A stretch of DNA of 64,000 nt. Source: an uncultured Chloroflexia bacterium. GTDB lineage: Bacteria; Chloroflexota; Limnocylindria; Limnocylindrales; CSP1-4. The notes beneath the pieces are model-generated. The model made no database searches, was not told where the DNA came from, and worked only from the letters and a program-made list of their open reading frames with translations. Of this stretch, positions 1-8,329 are shown in pieces. Position numbers and translations under genes: made by a program. The DNA lies in assembly GCA_963845925.1 (NCBI GenBank), contig CAWJUA010000025.1, positions 88,600-152,599 on the forward strand, read 5' to 3'. Each line of letters opens with the position of its first letter. Position 1 is the first letter of the stretch.

Positions 1-2262
1 GTGGAGGTGGGCGCCCGCCGCCCAGGCCGCCGCCGCCGCGGCCAGCGCGTTCGCGACGTTCATCCGGGCCTTGCCGCCGAACGTCGCCGGGATCAGGTGG
101 GTGTAGAGGAGCGGCATCGTCCGCGGTCCGTGGCGGAGGACGATCAGCTCTCCCTCCGGCGCCTGCTCGAGCACGAACGCCGCGTTGCCCCGCGAGGTAT
201 GGCCGTCGACCCGGTCGAAGCCGTCCTCGCCCTTCTTCATCGACATCGAGAACAGCACGACCTTGCCCGCGCAGTGGCGGCCCATCCGGTAGACATGGCC
301 GTCGTCGGCGTTGAGCACCGCGCTCCCCGACCGCGGCACCGCCTCCACGATGACGCCCTTGACGTTCGCCAGCTGGCCGATCGTGTCGATCCCGCCGAGG
401 CCAAGGTGGTCGCCGGTGACGTTCGTCACGACCGCGACGTCGTTCCGGTCGTAGCCGAGGCCCTCGCGCAGGATCCCGCCCCGGGCGACCTCGAAGACCG
501 CGGTGTCGACCTTCGGGTTCTGGAGGACCATCTGGGCCGACTTCGGGCCCGACATGTCGCCCTTCTTCGTCAGCCGCCCGTCGACGACGATGCCGTCGGT
601 CGAGGTCATGCCGACGCGGCGGCCCATCAGCTTGAGGATGTGGGCGATCATCCGGACCGTCGTCGTCTTGCCGTTCGTGCCGGTCACGGCGATGATCGGG
701 ATGCGCGACGGCGAGCCGGGCGGGAACAGGCCGTCGATCACCGGCTTCGCGACGTACTGCGGCTCGCCTTCGGTCGGGTGGGTGTGCATCCGGAAGCCCG
801 GCGCGGCGTTGACCTCGACGATCGCCCCGCCCGTCTCGCGGACCGGGGTCGCGATGTCGGGGCAGATGAAGTCGATGCCGGCGACGTCGAGCCCGACGAT
901 CTGGGCGGCGGTCTCGGCGATCTCGACGTTGTCGGGGTGGGCCTCGATCGTCCGGTCGATCGAGGTGCCGCCGGTCGACATGTTGCCGGTCAGGGCGAGC
1001 TTGACCCGGGTGCCCTCCGGCGGGACGACGTCGAGTTGGTAGCCCTGCGCCTGGATGAGCTCCACGGCGGCTTCGTCGAGCTTGATCCGCGTCAGGACCT
1101 TCTCGTGGCCGATCCCGCGGCGCGGGTCCTGGTTCGCGATGTCGACGAGCCCTCGGACGGTGTGCTCGCCGTCGCCGATGACGCTCGCCGGGACGCGCTC
1201 GGCGATCGCGGCGACCTTGCCGCCGATCACGAGGCAGCGGTAGTCGTTGCCCGCGACGTAGCTCTCGACGACGAGGTCGCCGCTCCGGCTCTCGGCGCGG
1301 GCGAGGGGAAACGCCTTGCGGACGGCCTCCTCGCTGCGGAGGTCGAGGTTCACGCCGCGGCCGTGGTTGCCGTCGAGCGGCTTGATGACGCACGGGTAGC
1401 CGATCCGGTTCGCGGCGTCGGCGGCCTGGTCCTCGGTCTCGACGACGGCGCTCTTGGGGACCGGCAGGCCGGCCGAATCGAGGAGGCGGTTCGTCAGCGA
1501 CTTGTCGCTCGCGATGTCGACGGCGATGCCCGACGTGCGACTCGTCATCGTCGCCCGGATCCGCTGCTGGTGGACGCCCTGCCCAAGCTGGACGAGCGAG
1601 TGGCGGTCGAGGCGGATGTACGGGATGTCGCGGCTCGCGGCCTCGTCGAGGATCGCCTGCGTGCTGGGCCCGAACGCCTGGCGCTCGGCGAGCCGGATCA
1701 GGCGCTCGAGCTCGGCCATGAAGTCGAGCTGGTTGTCGGGGTCGGTCGGCGCGACGAGGTGGTTGACGAGCGCGACCGCGAGCTTGCCGGCCTCGATGCC
1801 GACGCTCTCCTCGCGGAACTCGTAGATCACGTTGTAGTGGCCGTACTCGCCGGTGCTGCGGGTCTTGCCGTGGCGGACGTCGGTGCCGGCGAGGTTCTGG
1901 AGCTCGAGCGCGATGTGCTCGGCGATGTGGCCGGCCCAGGTGCCCTCCTTGAGCCGGGTGATGAACCCGCCGCGCCGGCCGAGGCTGCAGGCGTGGTCCT
2001 CGAGACTGGGCAATAGGTTGATCAGGGCGTCGTTGAAGCCGGGGATCTTGTTGCTGGGGTACTCCTCGAGGACACCGAGGTCGACGAGCATCCGGACGAC
2101 GGGCTCGCGCGCCCAGTAGTTCGGGCCGCGGAGGATCCGGGTCTCGACGATGCGGAGGGTCGGCGCGGGGCCACTCCCCGGGGAGTCCGCCGCGCGGCGG
2201 CGTGGGGCCGCGGCCTTCGACGCTGCCGCCTTCGCCCGAGGTTTCGGTGCCGCCTGCGCCAC
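1..2262 (-). CDS. cphA: cyanophycin synthetase CphA (3'-truncated by window edge; N-terminal ~754 aa present)
   Basis: Minus-strand translation gives the CphA N-terminus '..TLRIVETRILRGPNYWAREP'. A Mur-ligase P-loop 'IAVTGTNGKTT' lies at ~661-720 and 'VTGDHLGLGGIDT' at ~361-420. The frame is continuous to position 1. The likely start is GTG at 2262, preceded by AGGAGG and a 6-nt spacer. Confidence 0.85.
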   Translation of the reverse strand, partial: MAQAAPKPRAKAAASKAAAPRRRAADSPGSGPAPTLRIVETRILRGPNYWAREPVVRMLVDLGVLEEYPSNKIPGFNDALINLLPSLEDHACSLGRRGGFITRLKEGTWAGHIAEHIALELQNLAGTDVRHGKTRSTGEYGHYNVIYEFREESVGIEAGKLAVALVNHLVAPTDPDNQLDFMAELERLIRLAERQAFGPSTQAILDEAASRDIPYIRLDRHSLVQLGQGVHQQRIRATMTSRTSGIAVDIASDKSLTNRLLDSAGLPVPKSAVVETEDQAADAANRIGYPCVIKPLDGNHGRGVNLDLRSEEAVRKAFPLARAESRSGDLVVESYVAGNDYRCLVIGGKVAAIAERVPASVIGDGEHTVRGLVDIANQDPRRGIGHEKVLTRIKLDEAAVELIQAQGYQLDVVPPEGTRVKLALTGNMSTGGTSIDRTIEAHPDNVEIAETAAQIVGLDVAGIDFICPDIATPVRETGGAIVEVNAAPGFRMHTHPTEGEPQYVAKPVIDGLFPPGSPSRIPIIAVTGTNGKTTTVRMIAHILKLMGRRVGMTSTDGIVVDGRLTKKGDMSGPKSAQMVLQNPKVDTAVFEVARGGILREGLGYDRNDVAVVTNVTGDHLGLGGIDTIGQLANVKGVIVEAVPRSGSAVLNADDGHVYRMGRHCAGKVVLFSMSMKKGEDGFDRVDGHTSRGNAAFVLEQAPEGELIVLRHGPRTMPLLYTHLIPATFGGKARMNVANALAAAAAAWAAGAHLH

Positions 2263-2358
2263 GCGAGCCCTCCTGCCGCTCGTTCCGTGCTGGGATCGCC
2301 GGTCCCGAGTGTACCCGTCGCTCGCGGGGCCTCGCCACGGTCGCTCCCGGCGACCTTG

Positions 2359-3198
2359 TTACGACGAGGCGGCCTCGCCTCCGCCCTGGATCGCGTGGAG
2401 CGTCGGGGTCGCGAGGCGCTGGCGGCGGCGGAGGTCGAAGCGGTAGCCGGCCGGCAGCGAGTGGAGCACGACGCCGCTGATCATCAGCGGCTTGTGGCCC
2501 TTGATCTCCCACGCGTCGGTCTCGGACGCGGAGCCGTCGACGACCGTGATCGAGCCCCGGCCGATGACCTCCATCACGCCGTCGGGCCCGACCACGCCGG
2601 CCGTGTCCTCGTCGACGCCGAGGCCGAGCAGCGACGGGTTCTGGGCGATCAGCGACAGCAGCCGCCCCAGCCGGTTCCGCTGCTGGAAGTGCTGGTCGAC
2701 GATGACGCCCGGCAGCATCCCGAGGCCGGCCGCGATCTGGGCCATCCGGTGCTTCGGCGTCGCGCCCGACGCCCCGAACGCGATCATGTGCGACGACATC
2801 GCCGACGCGCCCGCGGACGTCCCGGCCGACGACGGCCCCTTTCGGAACCGCTCGAGGATCGCGTCGGCGAGGCGCGTCCCGCCGATCGTCGACGACAGCC
2901 GGAGCTGGTTGCCGCCGGTCAGGAAGATGCCCGTCGCGTCGCGGACCGCGAGCGCCGCGGTCTCGTCGTTCGCCTGCGGCCGCGTCACCGCGTGGAGCGT
3001 GTGGACCTTGGCGACGCCCAGCTCGGTGAAGATCTGGCGGTAGCGCTCGCCGGCCTCGGCGCCCAGCGACGACGCGGTCGAGACGACCGCGATCGTCGCG
3101 TCGCGGCCGCCCGCGAGCGTCACGAACCGGTTGAGGATCACCCGGTCGCGGACCTTGTCCTCGGCGCCGCCGATGATGATGACGGTCCCGTCGCCCAT
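2359..3198 (-). CDS. cphB: cyanophycinase CphB (peptidase S51)
   Basis: The C-terminal 279 aa of ORF 2359..4122 carry 'GGAEDK', 'FLTGGNQ' and the 'GTSAG' serine motif. The ATG at 3198 gives a typical ~280-aa protein. The gene sits directly upstream of cphA on the same strand. Confidence 0.85.
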   Translation of the reverse strand: MGDGTVIIIGGAEDKVRDRVILNRFVTLAGGRDATIAVVSTASSLGAEAGERYRQIFTELGVAKVHTLHAVTRPQANDETAALAVRDATGIFLTGGNQLRLSSTIGGTRLADAILERFRKGPSSAGTSAGASAMSSHMIAFGASGATPKHRMAQIAAGLGMLPGVIVDQHFQQRNRLGRLLSLIAQNPSLLGLGVDEDTAGVVGPDGVMEVIGRGSITVVDGSASETDAWEIKGHKPLMISGVVLHSLPAGYRFDLRRRQRLATPTLHAIQGGGEAASS

Positions 3199-3303
3199 CC
3201 ACGGGAGGATAGCCGACCGATCGACCGCCGGACCTGATGCATCCGACGCATCCCGGCCGCCGATCTCGACGCCGGGCCCGGAGAGCCGTGGGAGAATGCG
3301 CCG

Positions 3304-4224
3304 ATGGCTCGAGCGGGCGTGCCGAACTCGGTGGCGGGACCGGCCGTGACCGCGACGCCGACGCGGCGCCGACTGGCGGTCCATCGGCGCGCGCTCCGAC
3401 GCGAGCTGTCGCGCCTCCACGATCGGCGGCGGATCATCGCGATGACGCTGCTGATCATCACGTTCGGGCTGATCGCGGCCGGCGTCGTCGCCCGCGGCGA
3501 ACCGGCCGGCGCGGATGCCCGGGCGTACTGGGCCGGGGTCCGGATCTGGCTCGGCGGCGGCGACCCGTACCACCCGACCGGCCCGTTCCTGCCGTACGTC
3601 TACGCGCCGTGGATGCTGCCGGTCTTCGCGCCGTGGGCGCTGCTGCCGTGGGACGTCGCCTGGTTCGTCTGGCGCGGCGGCACGATCTTCCTCTGGCTCT
3701 GGACCGTCCACTGGGCGTACCGCCAGCGGCCGCTCGAGACCGCGATCCTCGTGGTGCTGCTGGGCTTCCCGATCGGGGCGAACCTCGACACGGGCAACAT
3801 CAACCTGCTGCTGACGCTGATGCTGTGGGGCGCCCAGTTCACCGGCCCGGTGGTGGCCGGGCTGCTCTGGTCGGTCGCGACGTGGATGAAGTGGGCGCCG
3901 GTCGTGTTCCTGCCGATCCTCGCGCCGCGGGCCCGGCTGTGGGGTCTCGTGTTCCTCGCCGCGTCGGCGCTGCTCAGCCTCGCGACGCTGCCGCTGACGA
4001 TCCTCCAGCTCCAGGCGCTGTTCGGCTTCGGGGCGCGGCCGCTCCGGCTCGACTACCTCGTGTTCCTGTGGGCACTCGTGCCGTATCTCTGGCGCAAGCC
4101 CGAGCCGTTCGACTTCCTCCACGTCTCGTGGTGGCGCTCGAAGCTCGGCGAGCTGCGGCTGCCGCCGCGACGAGAGGTGCCGCAGCGCGTCAGGGCGTAC
4201 TTCGGGCTGAGCCCTTCGACTTGA
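3304..4224 (+). CDS. polytopic membrane protein, GT87/DUF2029-like glycosyltransferase
   Basis: The 306-aa ORF is Trp/Phe-rich with multiple TM helices and an 'LDTGNINLLLTL' region typical of DUF2029 mannosyltransferase-like proteins. An alternative start lies at M47 (~3442). Confidence 0.55.
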   Translation: MARAGVPNSVAGPAVTATPTRRRLAVHRRALRRELSRLHDRRRIIAMTLLIITFGLIAAGVVARGEPAGADARAYWAGVRIWLGGGDPYHPTGPFLPYVYAPWMLPVFAPWALLPWDVAWFVWRGGTIFLWLWTVHWAYRQRPLETAILVVLLGFPIGANLDTGNINLLLTLMLWGAQFTGPVVAGLLWSVATWMKWAPVVFLPILAPRARLWGLVFLAASALLSLATLPLTILQLQALFGFGARPLRLDYLVFLWALVPYLWRKPEPFDFLHVSWWRSKLGELRLPPRREVPQRVRAYFGLSPST

Positions 4225-4225
4225 G

Positions 4226-5593
4226 CTACGCGGCCGCCCCGGCGTCGGGAATGGGGTCGGACGGCGCGCTCGGCGGCGAAGGCGGCGTCGAGCCCGCGCG
4301 GCCGCGCCGCGGCTCGACGACGGGTCGCAGTGTGAGCCCTGCCACGACGTAGTAGACCGCGCCGAGCAGGAAGGCCGCCCGCGGACCGGCCCCGATCCCC
4401 AGGGCCGAGTTCACGAAGTCGATCATCAGCCCGCCGGTCATCACCGCGAAGACCGTCGACGCCGTCGTGGCCACGTTCGAAAGGCCCATGTACCGCCCCG
4501 ACGAGGCGCGCGGGATGATGTCGGTCATCAGAGCCCAGTCGACGGCGAGGAACGTGCCAGCCGAGGCGCCGAAGAGCGCCGCACCGACGATCGCGATCGG
4601 GACTGCGGGCGCCACCGCCGCCAGCGTGACCCCGGCGAAACCGATCGCACAGGCCACGTAAATGACCGGCTTGCGGCCGGTCCGGTCCGAAATGCGGGCG
4701 CTTGGCACGATCGAGATCAGGTTCGCCAGCACCACGAGGACCAGGGCGATTGTATAGACACCGTTGGCCGCCTTCTCGTCCAGGCCGTGCGTTTGCTTGA
4801 GGTACGTGATCAGCAGGTTCACGAGGACCGATCCGCCCATCAGGAAGAAGAAGCGCGACGTCAGAAGCCAGACGTACGACCGCTCGCGGAGGATGTCGGT
4901 GCCCCATGTCTCGCCGGCGATCAAGAGCCACGAACGGCCCTCGCGGTCCTTCGCCGGCCGTCCCGGCTCGACGCGGAGAACTACAGCGGACATCGTGATC
5001 AGTTCCACGATCGCCACAACGAAGATCGCGTATTCGATGCGGCCGAAGATCACGGCGAGGTTCACCGCGAGGAACCCCGTTACGTTGCCCAGGATCTGCA
5101 TGAGCCCGACCATCGCGCTCGCGAACCCGACCTGCTGGTCGGCGACGAGGTCCGGGACGTAGCCCTGGAATGGCCCACGGGCGATGTTCGTGCTGAACGA
5201 GAGCAGGATGGTGAAGGCCGCGAGGGCGATGACGGAGTTCGCCGAGGCGATTCCCAGCAGGAACACGAGGTCGAGCAGCGAGCCGATCACGATGTACGGC
5301 TTGCGGCGGCCCCACCGGGTGATCGTGTAGTCGCTGATCGAGCCGACCGTCGGCTGGATGAGGATGGAGACGAGTCCAACCGGCAGCGAGATCAGGAACA
5401 GCGTCCGGCCGATCTCGAGTGGGTCGACGGCATACGGCCCAAAGTTGAGCTGGTTCTGTGCGAACAGACCGACCGCGCCATCGATCGCGGTCAGGCCGAG
5501 CCAGTAGAGCGAGATGCGTGCGAGGTGGCCAAGCGGCAGAAGCTTCGTGGGCCGCCCGCTCGCCGAGATGTCGCCGGTCGCCGCGACCGCCAT
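4226..5593 (-). CDS. MFS transporter
   Basis: The ~455-aa hydrophobic protein has 12 predicted TM segments and MFS-like loops ('RISDRTGRKP'). The ATG at 5593 is preceded by GGGAG. Confidence 0.75.
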   Translation of the reverse strand: MAVAATGDISASGRPTKLLPLGHLARISLYWLGLTAIDGAVGLFAQNQLNFGPYAVDPLEIGRTLFLISLPVGLVSILIQPTVGSISDYTITRWGRRKPYIVIGSLLDLVFLLGIASANSVIALAAFTILLSFSTNIARGPFQGYVPDLVADQQVGFASAMVGLMQILGNVTGFLAVNLAVIFGRIEYAIFVVAIVELITMSAVVLRVEPGRPAKDREGRSWLLIAGETWGTDILRERSYVWLLTSRFFFLMGGSVLVNLLITYLKQTHGLDEKAANGVYTIALVLVVLANLISIVPSARISDRTGRKPVIYVACAIGFAGVTLAAVAPAVPIAIVGAALFGASAGTFLAVDWALMTDIIPRASSGRYMGLSNVATTASTVFAVMTGGLMIDFVNSALGIGAGPRAAFLLGAVYYVVAGLTLRPVVEPRRGRAGSTPPSPPSAPSDPIPDAGAAA

Positions 5594-5641
5594 CTGCCGC
5601 TCCCTCTCCCCCGGCGCGATCCTACGCCCCGCCCGCAAGCC

Positions 5642-6355
5642 CTACGACGCCTGAGCCGGCCCCCCGTTACGGTCGAGCACCACGGCGCCGCCGACGCGGA
5701 CGAGCCGACGCTCGGTGGCCTCCGGGGCGACGAAGCGGAAGAGCGATCGGTCGAGCGAGTAGATCCCGGTCGCGGCGAGCCCGATCCGCCCTAGGCGAAA
5801 GGTGAAAACGGGGTTCTCGGTGTTGCCGGCGTAGGCCGCGACGTCGCCGCCGACGCTGATCGTGGCGAGGTTCGCCTGGCCCTTGAACTGGTCGTGGAGC
5901 TCGTGGAGGAGCGTGCCGGGGGCCGTGCCGTTCCAGCGATCCTCGAGCCAGCGCGCTCCGACCTCGGTGTCGGCCTTGCCGTGGATCCGGCCCTGGTCGC
6001 GATAGCGCTTGCGCCACGTCGCGATCTCGCGGAGGTCGCCGTTGTGGCTGAAGGCGAAACGGCCGGCCGGGTCGTCGAACGGCTGGGTGTCGGGGATGCC
6101 GAGCGTCGAGAGCTTCGAGGGCCGCCGCAGGTGGACGAGCGCCGCGGTCGTCTCGACTCGCCCCACTTCGTCGCGCCCCGGATCGTCGCGGAACGCCCGG
6201 ATGTCGCGGTACGAGCAGAGACTGCCGTCGTCCATCGCCCACGATGCGCCCCAGCCCCAGCCGGCGATGCCGAACCGCTCGAGCCGCTCCGTGAACGGCC
6301 ACAGCTCATCGAGCCGGAACGGCTCGGTGGCCCGGGCGACGTAGTGCTCGCACAT
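5642..6355 (-). CDS. class II (Ntn, YafJ-type) glutamine amidotransferase
   Basis: The protein starts 'MCEHY..', placing the nucleophilic Cys right after the Met. It also has 'IAGWGWGASW' and 'FSHNGDL' motifs. The rest of ORF 5642..7120 upstream of this Met is non-coding shadow. Confidence 0.65.
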   Translation of the reverse strand: MCEHYVARATEPFRLDELWPFTERLERFGIAGWGWGASWAMDDGSLCSYRDIRAFRDDPGRDEVGRVETTAALVHLRRPSKLSTLGIPDTQPFDDPAGRFAFSHNGDLREIATWRKRYRDQGRIHGKADTEVGARWLEDRWNGTAPGTLLHELHDQFKGQANLATISVGGDVAAYAGNTENPVFTFRLGRIGLAATGIYSLDRSLFRFVAPEATERRLVRVGGAVVLDRNGGPAQAS

Positions 6356-6580
6356 CTCGCGCCGATGATACGGCGGCGCCCTCGCGCGCTCGCGGTACGA
6401 GCACAGGCGCGCATCCCGGCATCGCCCTGGCCCGTGCCGCTCGCAGTGCGAGCAAGGGCGACTGAGAATCTCGGCCTCCGAGCAGGGATCAACGGGTTGC
6501 CGAACCGATGCCCCACTGCGCTCGCAGCGCGAGCAGCCGCAGCTAATCGCCAGTCGAGCGCCGTCGGCGACCATGCGATC

Positions 6581-7228
6581 ATGCCCGAGCGCATTCGTGA
6601 TCGCGGGACACGTCGCGGGCGTCAGCATCTGGTGACGCTCGGAGCCGAAATCAGAGCGGCCCGCGAAGGTGCGGGCCTCAGCCAGATCGCCGTGGCCCGC
6701 GCCGCCGGCATGTCTCACGCGGAGGTGAGCCGGATCGAGCGCGGCGCGGCGCCGTGGCTGAACATCGTCGAGGCCTCGGAGCTGTGCGCAGTCGTCGGCC
6801 TGGATCTCTGGCTGCGGGCATACGCCGGCGGCGACCCGCTTCGAGATGCTGGCCACGTCGCCCTCCTGAGGCGTTTTCTGGCGCCCGTTGGGCCGTCGCT
6901 CCGCATTCGCACGGAGGTCCCTCTGTCTCGCGTCGGCGACCAGCGGGCTTGGGACGCGACAATCAGCGACGGCCGCGAGACAGTTGGGGTCGAAGCGGAA
7001 ACTCGGCTCCGCGACGCCCAGTCGTTCGAACGTCGGGTGGCTTTGAAGCGGCGCGATGGCGAGATCGATCGGGTGGTGATCGTGCTCGCCGACTCGCGGG
7101 CGAATCGGAGTGCACTGCATTCGATCAGATCGACTTGGCGGACCGACTACCCCCTGGACACCGACGAGATCCTCGGGGCGCTGACGCTCGGCCGACTGCC
7201 TCCGGCCGGCGGAGTCGTTGTCATCTAA
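6581..7228 (+). CDS. XRE-family HTH transcriptional regulator with C-terminal domain of unknown function
   Basis: 'LSQIAVARAAGMSHAEVSRIERG' is a helix-turn-helix within ORF 5894..7228. The first ATG giving a sensible protein is at 6581. The gene is divergent from the amidotransferase. Confidence 0.6.
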   Translation: MPERIRDRGTRRGRQHLVTLGAEIRAAREGAGLSQIAVARAAGMSHAEVSRIERGAAPWLNIVEASELCAVVGLDLWLRAYAGGDPLRDAGHVALLRRFLAPVGPSLRIRTEVPLSRVGDQRAWDATISDGRETVGVEAETRLRDAQSFERRVALKRRDGEIDRVVIVLADSRANRSALHSIRSTWRTDYPLDTDEILGALTLGRLPPAGGVVVI

Positions 7229-7231
7229 CGC

Positions 7232-7621
7232 TCAGCGACCCCGAATCGCCGACTCGAACTCCGGGAAGTAGCGGGCGATCTCCATCAGGTCGAACGAGCG
7301 CAGGATCGACGTGTTCGGCTCGCGCTCGAGCAGGAAGCGGAACGACCGATCGACCAGGAGATGCGGGTCGCGGGCGCCGGGGTCGAGGCGGATGAGATCG
7401 GCAGACGCGACCGCGACCACGTGGCGGGTCGAGGTGCCGCCCTCGATGTCGACCGCGACGTCGCAGATCCAGGCCTCGCCGTCCGGCAATCCGCGGCAGG
7501 CGATGTCGAGCTCCGTCACCGGGCCGCCTCCGAGCGCTGGCACGAAGGACACCAGTACGTCGTCCGCGGCACGTCCCCGGGGAGTGCCGCCGACCGAACG
7601 AGCGCTCCGCATCGCGGGCAC
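7232..7621 (-). CDS. hypothetical protein (129 aa)
   Basis: An ORF with no recognisable motif, convergent on the XRE gene. The start is uncertain. Confidence 0.3.
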   Translation of the reverse strand: MPAMRSARSVGGTPRGRAADDVLVSFVPALGGGPVTELDIACRGLPDGEAWICDVAVDIEGGTSTRHVVAVASADLIRLDPGARDPHLLVDRSFRFLLEREPNTSILRSFDLMEIARYFPEFESAIRGR

Positions 7622-8312
7622 GGCCGCCCGGCGCGGCCGTACACCCGCATCCGGGCGCGGCCGGGCGCGTGCCGGGCGCTGTCGACGAGGAGCCGGCGGG
7701 CGGTCGCGACCAGCCGGTTGAGCGTCGTCGTCATCGAGCGACCGCGACCGGTGCGAGCGGGTCGACGCGTTCCTCGAACAGCGTCTCGTTCCGCCAGATG
7801 TTGCCGATCCCGGCGAGCGCCCGCTGGTCGAGCAGCGCCGCGGCGATCGGCCAGTCCGCGCGGGCAGGATGGCGCAGCCGGCGGAGCGCCTCGGCCGCCT
7901 CGGCCTCGCCCCATGCGGGATCGAGCAGGTCCGGACCCAGCGCCGACAGCGACGGGTGGAGCGGCTCGGCCCGCTGCTCGAACAGCTCGACGACCGGCGC
8001 GTCGAAGCAGACCGCCACCGCGCCGGGGACCTCGAGCACGACCCGCGCCCGCGCCGGAGGCCGCCGCCAGCGCTCGCCGGGGCGGTAGCGGTGCCACGAG
8101 CCGTTCATCCGCATGTGCGTCCGCAGCTCGAGGCCGTTGTCGAAGCGAATGACGAGGTTCTTGCCGTGGGACTCGACCGCGTCGACCGTCGAGCCGACGA
8201 CCCGCTCGATCTGGGGACCGGGACGCGTCGCCCGGGCGGCCGTCACCGCGCGGCCGACGAGGTACGGCCGGAGGCCGGCCGCGGTCCGGAACAGCGTGTC
8301 GCCCTCGGGCAT
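7516..8312 (-). pseudogene. nei: Nei/Fpg-family DNA glycosylase (endonuclease VIII-like), split by a frame change at ~7733
   Basis: The ATG at 8312 gives 'MPEGDTLFRTA..', with the catalytic P2/E3, then an H2TH region 'LLDQRALAGIGNIWRNETLF'. That frame stops at 7731-7733. The zinc finger 'CPRCG..YWCPSCQ' continues in another frame to 7516. The upstream TGA and downstream ATG overlap as ATGA. Confidence 0.7.
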
Positions 8313-8329
8313 GTGGCCAGTGTCGCCGG

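Noticed and set aside
1-2016. 671-aa plus-strand ORF starting at the window edge
   Set aside because: It has an Arg/Ala/Asp-rich low-complexity translation. The opposite strand encodes CphA with clear Mur-ligase and CphA N-terminal motifs, so this is a high-GC shadow ORF.
6356-6580. Cys-rich stretch ('CGCSRCERSG..CSHCERHG') in frame upstream of the amidotransferase start, a possible zinc-ribbon extension
   Set aside because: The Ntn amidotransferase requires Cys immediately after the initiator Met ('MCEHY'). The upstream stretch is the divergent promoter region read in a stop-poor frame.
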